Shown: positions 58,728 to 64,000 of the stretch, in pieces
Layout of the letters: each line of letters begins with the position of its first letter
Numbering within the stretch: the first letter of the stretch is position 1
Assembly: GCA_049512075.1 (NCBI GenBank)
Contig: JBEKXL010000005.1
Span: forward strand, 32,001-96,000
Direction of reading: 5' to 3'
Source: Candidatus Bathyarchaeia archaeon
Lineage (GTDB): Archaea; Thermoproteota; Bathyarchaeia; Bathyarchaeales; Bathycorpusculaceae
DNA length: 64,000 nucleotides
The notes under the pieces: generated by a model
What the model was told of the DNA's origin: nothing
Databases searched by the model: none
The model's input: only the letters and a program-made list of their open reading frames with translations
Translations under genes and position numbers: made by a program

Positions 58728-59474
58728 ATGCGTCTGAAAGATAAAGTATGCATAGTAACTGGAAGCTCCAGAGGTATCGGGAAGGGAATCGCAACAGCAT
58801 TCGCAAAAGAAGGTGCAAAGACAGTAATCAACTATTGCTCTCAAGAAGACGCGGCAAAGGAAACTGCAAATGAGATTGTTCAGAAATATCAGACTGATGT
58901 AGAAATTGTAAAATCAGATGTTTCGAAAGAGGAAGAAGTTGTTAAGATGGTCAAAATAACAAAGGAGAGATTTGGGACTGTAGATATCTTAGTCAATAAT
59001 GCTGGTGTACATAACGATAGAGTTGTCTGGAAAATGGATAAAAACATCTGGGATGAAGTAATGTTCACCAATCTCACAGGAGTCTTTCTTTGCACAAAAC
59101 ATGTAGTACCTGTGATGAGGGAGAAAGGGTGGGGAAGAATCGTAAACATTTCATCAGTGGTCGGGCAGACAGGATTATTCGGTGCAAGCAATTATGTTGC
59201 ATCAAAATCTGGTCTTTTTGGTTTTACAAAAACAGTTGCTAAGGAGGTCGCTAATAGAAACATCACTGTCAACTGTGTCGCCTTTGGCTATATTGAGGCA
59301 GGCATGAACCTTAGACTGACAGAAGAAACGAGGCAAAAAGTTCTACAAGAAATCCCCATGAAACGCTTTGGAAAGATAGAGGAGGTGGCTAGTCTAATTG
59401 TGTTCCTGTGCAGCGATGAAGCCGCATACATTACAGGTCAAGTAATTCATATTAATGGTGGTTATTATGGGTAG
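58728..59474 (+). CDS. FabG/PhbB-like SDR (3-oxoacyl reductase)
   Basis: TGSSRGIG, NNAG, NISSVVG, NYVASK, IPMKRFG. Confidence 0.88.
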   Translation: MRLKDKVCIVTGSSRGIGKGIATAFAKEGAKTVINYCSQEDAAKETANEIVQKYQTDVEIVKSDVSKEEEVVKMVKITKERFGTVDILVNNAGVHNDRVVWKMDKNIWDEVMFTNLTGVFLCTKHVVPVMREKGWGRIVNISSVVGQTGLFGASNYVASKSGLFGFTKTVAKEVANRNITVNCVAFGYIEAGMNLRLTEETRQKVLQEIPMKRFGKIEEVASLIVFLCSDEAAYITGQVIHINGGYYG

Positions 59475-59482
59475 GTGGAACT

Positions 59483-60679
59483 GTGCAGCATGCAATACAA
59501 TACGAAACTGGTGAGATTGAAGCTGGAGTAACGTTAGGAGCGAATCTAAAGATCAAAGCCAGAACGCTTCTGATAAAAAAGAACTGCACTATCGGAGATA
59601 ACACAGAGATATGTACAGATGATTTGTTCATAGATGAAGGTGTGAAAATAGAACCTGACGTGGTTATAAAAAGCAAAAAAGTGCATTTCGCCAAAAATGT
59701 GAAAATTGCACTACGAACAAGTGTATTTTCGCATGATGTTTACGTTGATCAAGACACAAGGATAGACGCCGATACTAGGATAATTGCGTACGAGAAGCTA
59801 AGAATAGGAAAGAATAGCATTATAAGAAGAAACGCTAGATTTAAGGCAAGAAACATTGAGATAGGCGATTTCTTCTATTCAGACGACAACCCTACTCCCC
59901 TAATAATAGGTGGCGGTGGTGCAGATCGCCCAACCGCACAAATAAAAATTGGCTCACGATGCGTAATTCATGACAGTTTCATAAACGTGTGCATGCCTGT
60001 AGAAATAGGAAACAATGTTGGTTTCAGCGGAGGTTCAACGATCATAACCCACGGTTTCTGGAACTCGGTAATAGAAGGATATAGCAGTGAATTTGCACCC
60101 GTCAAAATTGGAAACAACGTGATTATAGGGTACAGAGCTGTGATTTTACCCGGAGCAAGAATCGGAGATTATTGCACTATTGGTGCTGGTGCCGTCGTTA
60201 CCAAGAGTTTTCCATCCTACTGTGTCATCGGGGGAGTACCTGCAAAGGTAATAAAGACGCAACCAGACTACCCCAAGAAGTTGACATTCGAAGACAAGAT
60301 CAAGATAATGGAGGACCTGCTGAAGAAATACGCAGAACTACTCGAAGATAAAGTAGATGGGGTAACTCTCACCAAAAGCGATGATGCCTTAATCATCGCT
60401 GGAGAGTACCTGTCCAGAAAATTTCAGATAATTTTTTCACCTTCCATCAGAGGCAAACCATATGATCAGAGCTTAAGGAATGTCTTTCTAACTTTCGAGA
60501 GCATGCCGGTTTCAGACAAAAATTTCTTGATAAATCTTTCAGACTATACATATAGCGGGAAAGATGATGAAGTTACTGATGATTTAAGAGATTTTTTGAG
60601 GCATTATGGTATTCGCGTTTTTTCGAGACAGTTTCGTTCAATCCCTCCAAAACTCGGAAGGGAGCTTTTTGACACATAG
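59483..60679 (+). CDS. Long hexapeptide-repeat acyltransferase
   Basis: Extended LbH, ITHG, IGAGAVVTKSFP..GGVPAK, extra C-terminal domain. Confidence 0.82.
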   Translation: MQHAIQYETGEIEAGVTLGANLKIKARTLLIKKNCTIGDNTEICTDDLFIDEGVKIEPDVVIKSKKVHFAKNVKIALRTSVFSHDVYVDQDTRIDADTRIIAYEKLRIGKNSIIRRNARFKARNIEIGDFFYSDDNPTPLIIGGGGADRPTAQIKIGSRCVIHDSFINVCMPVEIGNNVGFSGGSTIITHGFWNSVIEGYSSEFAPVKIGNNVIIGYRAVILPGARIGDYCTIGAGAVVTKSFPSYCVIGGVPAKVIKTQPDYPKKLTFEDKIKIMEDLLKKYAELLEDKVDGVTLTKSDDALIIAGEYLSRKFQIIFSPSIRGKPYDQSLRNVFLTFESMPVSDKNFLINLSDYTYSGKDDEVTDDLRDFLRHYGIRVFSRQFRSIPPKLGRELFDT

Positions 60680-60852
60680 GTGTCTATGCATAGGGAAAGA
60701 GTTGGAAGATTCTGCGATGATCACCAAGCTCAAAAATTCTGCACACCCCGCCCGCGATTTTTGGAACAGCGCACGCGAAGACGGAGTTGAAGGTACCGTG
60801 ATAGGGGTGTGGCGAAATTAGACAAGGAACCAAAAAAGTAGGAGACGTTGCC

Positions 60853-61623
60853 TTGCTCAACAGGCTCAGAGATTTCACTTACGACGCCTACATTGACTTC
60901 ATTAACCTGCTAAAGAAGAAATACAGAATAATACCCTTCTGCGAAGTCACGGACACCAATGCGCCCTTCCTTATTCTTCGTCACGACGTGGATGCCTCTC
61001 TTGAAGCGGCGCTAAAAATGGCGGAACGGGAGAAAAAGCTTGAAATCAAATCCACCTACTTTGTATTGTTTTCTCACAAGCTCTACAACCTTCTGGAGAA
61101 AGACAGCCTAAACACCTTGAAGGAAATTTCAGGATTGGGCCATGAAATCGGGCTTCACTACGACGTCGAAACTTACGAAAGCTACGGGCGAACTCCTAGA
61201 GAATCAATGCACAACGAAATTCAAATGCTTGAACGCCTCTTAAACAGGAAGATCTTCAGCGTTGCCTGCCACAATGTGTCTCTTATTACCGGAGAAGACC
61301 CACTTAGAAATGTCAAAGGGTACATCAATGTTTACGACCCTAGATTTTGCGAGAATTACGTTTCCGACTCTTGCAGAGCCTGGTTCTTGAGAGACCTGTC
61401 CAGGCTTCTGGAATTCAAGTCCACACGTGTGCATTTGCTGATTCATCCATTCTTGTGGACAGAAAATGCCTGCAAGAGAGAGACTGTTTTAGCAAACTTG
61501 TTCAATGAAGTTGCAGCAAGAAATAGAATATATAAAGAAGAATGGCTACGAGTTTGGCACGAAAACGCGAAAGTCAAGGCCTATGACAAATCAGTGAGAA
61601 AGCTGAAACGCGACGAGGACTGA
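60853..61623 (+). CDS. Polysaccharide deacetylase-like protein
   Basis: LRHDVD, STYF, GHEIGLHYD, YVSDS, LLIHP..W. Confidence 0.75.
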   Translation: MLNRLRDFTYDAYIDFINLLKKKYRIIPFCEVTDTNAPFLILRHDVDASLEAALKMAEREKKLEIKSTYFVLFSHKLYNLLEKDSLNTLKEISGLGHEIGLHYDVETYESYGRTPRESMHNEIQMLERLLNRKIFSVACHNVSLITGEDPLRNVKGYINVYDPRFCENYVSDSCRAWFLRDLSRLLEFKSTRVHLLIHPFLWTENACKRETVLANLFNEVAARNRIYKEEWLRVWHENAKVKAYDKSVRKLKRDED

Positions 61624-61662
61624 CATCGATTCTCGGATGACGTTTCACGTTAAAGCTAACCA

Positions 61663-62715
61663 CTATCCATTCCTGGTGGTCATCGGCAAGAACCTTGCTT
61701 TAGTAGGAAGCAGAAATCTTATTACTCTAATCTCTATTTCTGTCCTTCTCTTCGTGTATGTTTTGTTTGAGAGATCAAAGATTGTTGTCTCATAGCAGTA
61801 CTTACTTGTAGTGTTCTTCTTGGCAAAGATAATTTCTTTCGCATCTTCCTTAATTGCCTGGTCGTTTGCCTCTTCAAGGAAGATAATGTTGTATGATTGG
61901 TGATCTTCTTCTATGTGCCAGCCATTTTCCAGTTCTGTAAGATTATTCGCTTTGACTGCGGTCACAAATTCCTTCATGAATTTTTTCATCATCTCATATT
62001 TTTCTTCGACAGTAACCTGTTTGTAAGGATGCAATTTCTCTGTTATGTCTTTGGCTGGGTTGCCAGCAACACACGCATAAGGTGGGACGTCTTTCGTTAC
62101 AACTGAACCAGTCAAGACAACCGATCTTCTTCCCACGGTTATCCCTGGTGATACGACGTTGAAAGAACCGACCAACCAAACATCGTCTTCGATAGTTACG
62201 GGAGCCACTTTGAAAATCGTACAGCCCTCGATTAGTTCTCCAAAAAAGCCATGGGTCCATACGCAGCTGTATGTCCCTATTCCAACACCATTGCCTATCG
62301 TCAACCTGTCTGTGGAGTTCAAAATACAGTTCTGCCCGATCCATACATTATGACCTAGCGTGCAAGGCTTGTAACCATTAACAAGTAGATGGTTGTGCAG
62401 TGAAACGTAATCTCCAGCCTCAAAAGAAGAAACAATTATTTTGCTGTCATATCCAATGAAGCAGTTGTCGCCGATTGAGAATTTGCTATTCTGCCCAGTC
62501 AGTTGTATCCTGCAGTTATCTTCAATCTTTGATCCAAAGCCTATGTGTATATGGTCTGCTGAAATAGTGGTGTTATTGCCTATCACGACATTATCCTCGA
62601 CAAGTATTTCCTTTCCCTTAATGGTTGTGTTCCTCCCTATTTTTAGGGATTTGCACAGCTGCACTTGTTCGCCCTCGATACTACTTTCGCCTTCAAATGT
62701 TATCTTGTCAGCCAT
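61663..62715 (-). CDS. Long hexapeptide-repeat acyltransferase, paralog
   Basis: LbH, WTHG, GSVVTKDVP..AGNPAK. Confidence 0.82.
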   Translation of the reverse strand: MADKITFEGESSIEGEQVQLCKSLKIGRNTTIKGKEILVEDNVVIGNNTTISADHIHIGFGSKIEDNCRIQLTGQNSKFSIGDNCFIGYDSKIIVSSFEAGDYVSLHNHLLVNGYKPCTLGHNVWIGQNCILNSTDRLTIGNGVGIGTYSCVWTHGFFGELIEGCTIFKVAPVTIEDDVWLVGSFNVVSPGITVGRRSVVLTGSVVTKDVPPYACVAGNPAKDITEKLHPYKQVTVEEKYEMMKKFMKEFVTAVKANNLTELENGWHIEEDHQSYNIIFLEEANDQAIKEDAKEIIFAKKNTTSKYCYETTIFDLSNKTYTKRRTEIEIRVIRFLLPTKARFLPMTTRNG

Positions 62716-62881
62716 CCTTCCACGACTGTCACATCAATATATATGAACTGACTATGGATCGTGCTAACTGAATACCAAACAGTACTCGGTTTTTCTTATT
62801 ATCTTTTCTGCATGGGTTTCTAATAGTACTCGGGATGTTTCTTAACGTCGCGCGCGCGTTCAAGATAAGGGCTTTGCATTT

Positions 62882-63847
62882 CTAGTAGAACTTTGGATGT
62901 TTCGTAATGTCTTTAGCAACCTCAGCCAAGCCCGCTTCAAATCCAACTCTAGGTTTGAACTTCAACATTTTTTCTATTTTTGAAATATCAGCCTGCCGTC
63001 TGCGCACAATAATCTTTTGTTCTTTTTGGTAATCCGGCTCGAGCTTGCTGTTGAACAGCTTGATCACGGTTTCTGCAAGCATTTTGACTGAAGTTGAAAC
63101 GCCGCTCCCCACGTTAAATGCTTCGCCCCAAACATCACTTTCTGCGGCAAGAATGTTGGCGTCTACCACATCGTAAACGTTCACGAAATCCATTGATTGG
63201 CTACCGTCACCGGAAATGACCGGCGGCTTTCCCCCCTGAACATTCTTCATAAAATTAATTATCACAGACGAATAAAAGGCATCAACGCTCTGTCTCGGAC
63301 CGTAAACATTGAAGTTCCTCAGAATGTTATATTTCAGTCCTTTAGGCGCAAAGATTTTCAAGGCATATTCTCCGGCGATCTTGCTAACACAATACGGAGT
63401 TATGGGGTTGAAGGGGTGCTTTTCATCCATGGGAAGGTACTGTGGATTTCCATAAACTGAGGCTGAAGAAGCAAATATTAGCTTTTCAACCCCTGTGTCT
63501 GACGCTGCTTTGAAAACGTTGAAGCTTCCGTCTACGTTTATCTGGATGCTTTCTTCTGGATGCGCAACGGAATAGTTAATGCAGACAGCGGCTTCGTGAA
63601 AAACGTATTTTGCGCCTTTCACAACGTCGCGGACAGTCTGCGAATTCCTTATATCACCTTCAATGAATTTCGCCTTCTTGGCGTCAACCAGATCCTGTAT
63701 GTATTCGCATCTTCCTCTTGTCAGATTGTCCAGTATAACAACATCGTATCCTAAATCAACAAGCTTGTGTGACAGGTGTGAGCCGATGAAACCTGCGCCT
63801 CCTGTGACTACGACTTTATTCTTCGGCATGGTCTTTACTCTCAACAT
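62882..63847 (-). CDS. NAD-dependent nucleotide-sugar epimerase/dehydratase
   Basis: TGGAGFIGSH, ASSASVYG, YCVSK, FNVYGPRQ. Confidence 0.92.
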   Translation of the reverse strand: MLRVKTMPKNKVVVTGGAGFIGSHLSHKLVDLGYDVVILDNLTRGRCEYIQDLVDAKKAKFIEGDIRNSQTVRDVVKGAKYVFHEAAVCINYSVAHPEESIQINVDGSFNVFKAASDTGVEKLIFASSASVYGNPQYLPMDEKHPFNPITPYCVSKIAGEYALKIFAPKGLKYNILRNFNVYGPRQSVDAFYSSVIINFMKNVQGGKPPVISGDGSQSMDFVNVYDVVDANILAAESDVWGEAFNVGSGVSTSVKMLAETVIKLFNSKLEPDYQKEQKIIVRRRQADISKIEKMLKFKPRVGFEAGLAEVAKDITKHPKFY

Positions 63848-63926
63848 GTATCAGAAACAATAATGTTAAAAACGTTTTCTCCTTAAATAGGAAAACCTTG
63901 CGATACTAAAGACAAGAAAGCTGGCA

Positions 63927-64000
63927 ATGTATATGCCTGAAAAGAAAATCAAACTAATCGAGCCCGTTATTGGAGAAGAAGAAATTGAAGCGGTAAAACA
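63927..64000 (+). CDS. Start of a DegT/DnrJ/EryC1/StrS aminotransferase (partial)
   Basis: MYMPEKKIKLIEPVIGEEEIEAVK: typical P.IGEEEI.AV N-terminus; fits the context. Confidence 0.65.
   Translation, partial: MYMPEKKIKLIEPVIGEEEIEAVK

Overview
Archaeal chromosomal window, probably Bathyarchaeia. This is inferred from the aMBF1/HflX/Trm56/TFE/HD/DUF2110 block, H4MPT-enzyme homologs, a NitrOD5-like domain and frequent TTG/GTG starts. There are four parts. (1) 1-11.5 kb: a truncated multi-PAS/GAF sensor, an aldo/keto reductase and conserved archaeal housekeeping genes. (2) About 11.5-51.6 kb: a roughly 40 kb catabolic island. It combines counterparts of the anaerobic purine/ureide pathway (SsnA-like amidohydrolase, PreA/YgfK-like flavoprotein, hydantoinase, two YgeW-type transcarbamylases, carbamate kinase, two PLP lyases), two tungsten AOR-family enzymes, pentose/polyol enzymes, a sugar-type ABC transporter and E1/E2/LplA. 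It also carries three divergent Mch paralogs, a divergent Ftr, a Mer-like LLM enzyme and a divergent DUF2193 protein. This is the best candidate for an undescribed system: H4MPT-fold enzymes redeployed in the catabolism of an imported nucleoside- or cofactor-like substrate. (3) 51.7-55.4 kb: a 3.6 kb AT-rich element integrated in the 5' half of tRNA-Val(TAC). It has a split SSV-type integrase (C part doubly frameshifted), repeat-bounded single-gene cassettes and a nested IS6-like non-autonomous element. (4) 55.4-64 kb: surface-glycan biosynthesis genes. All family calls come from motif recognition by eye; no database searches were run.
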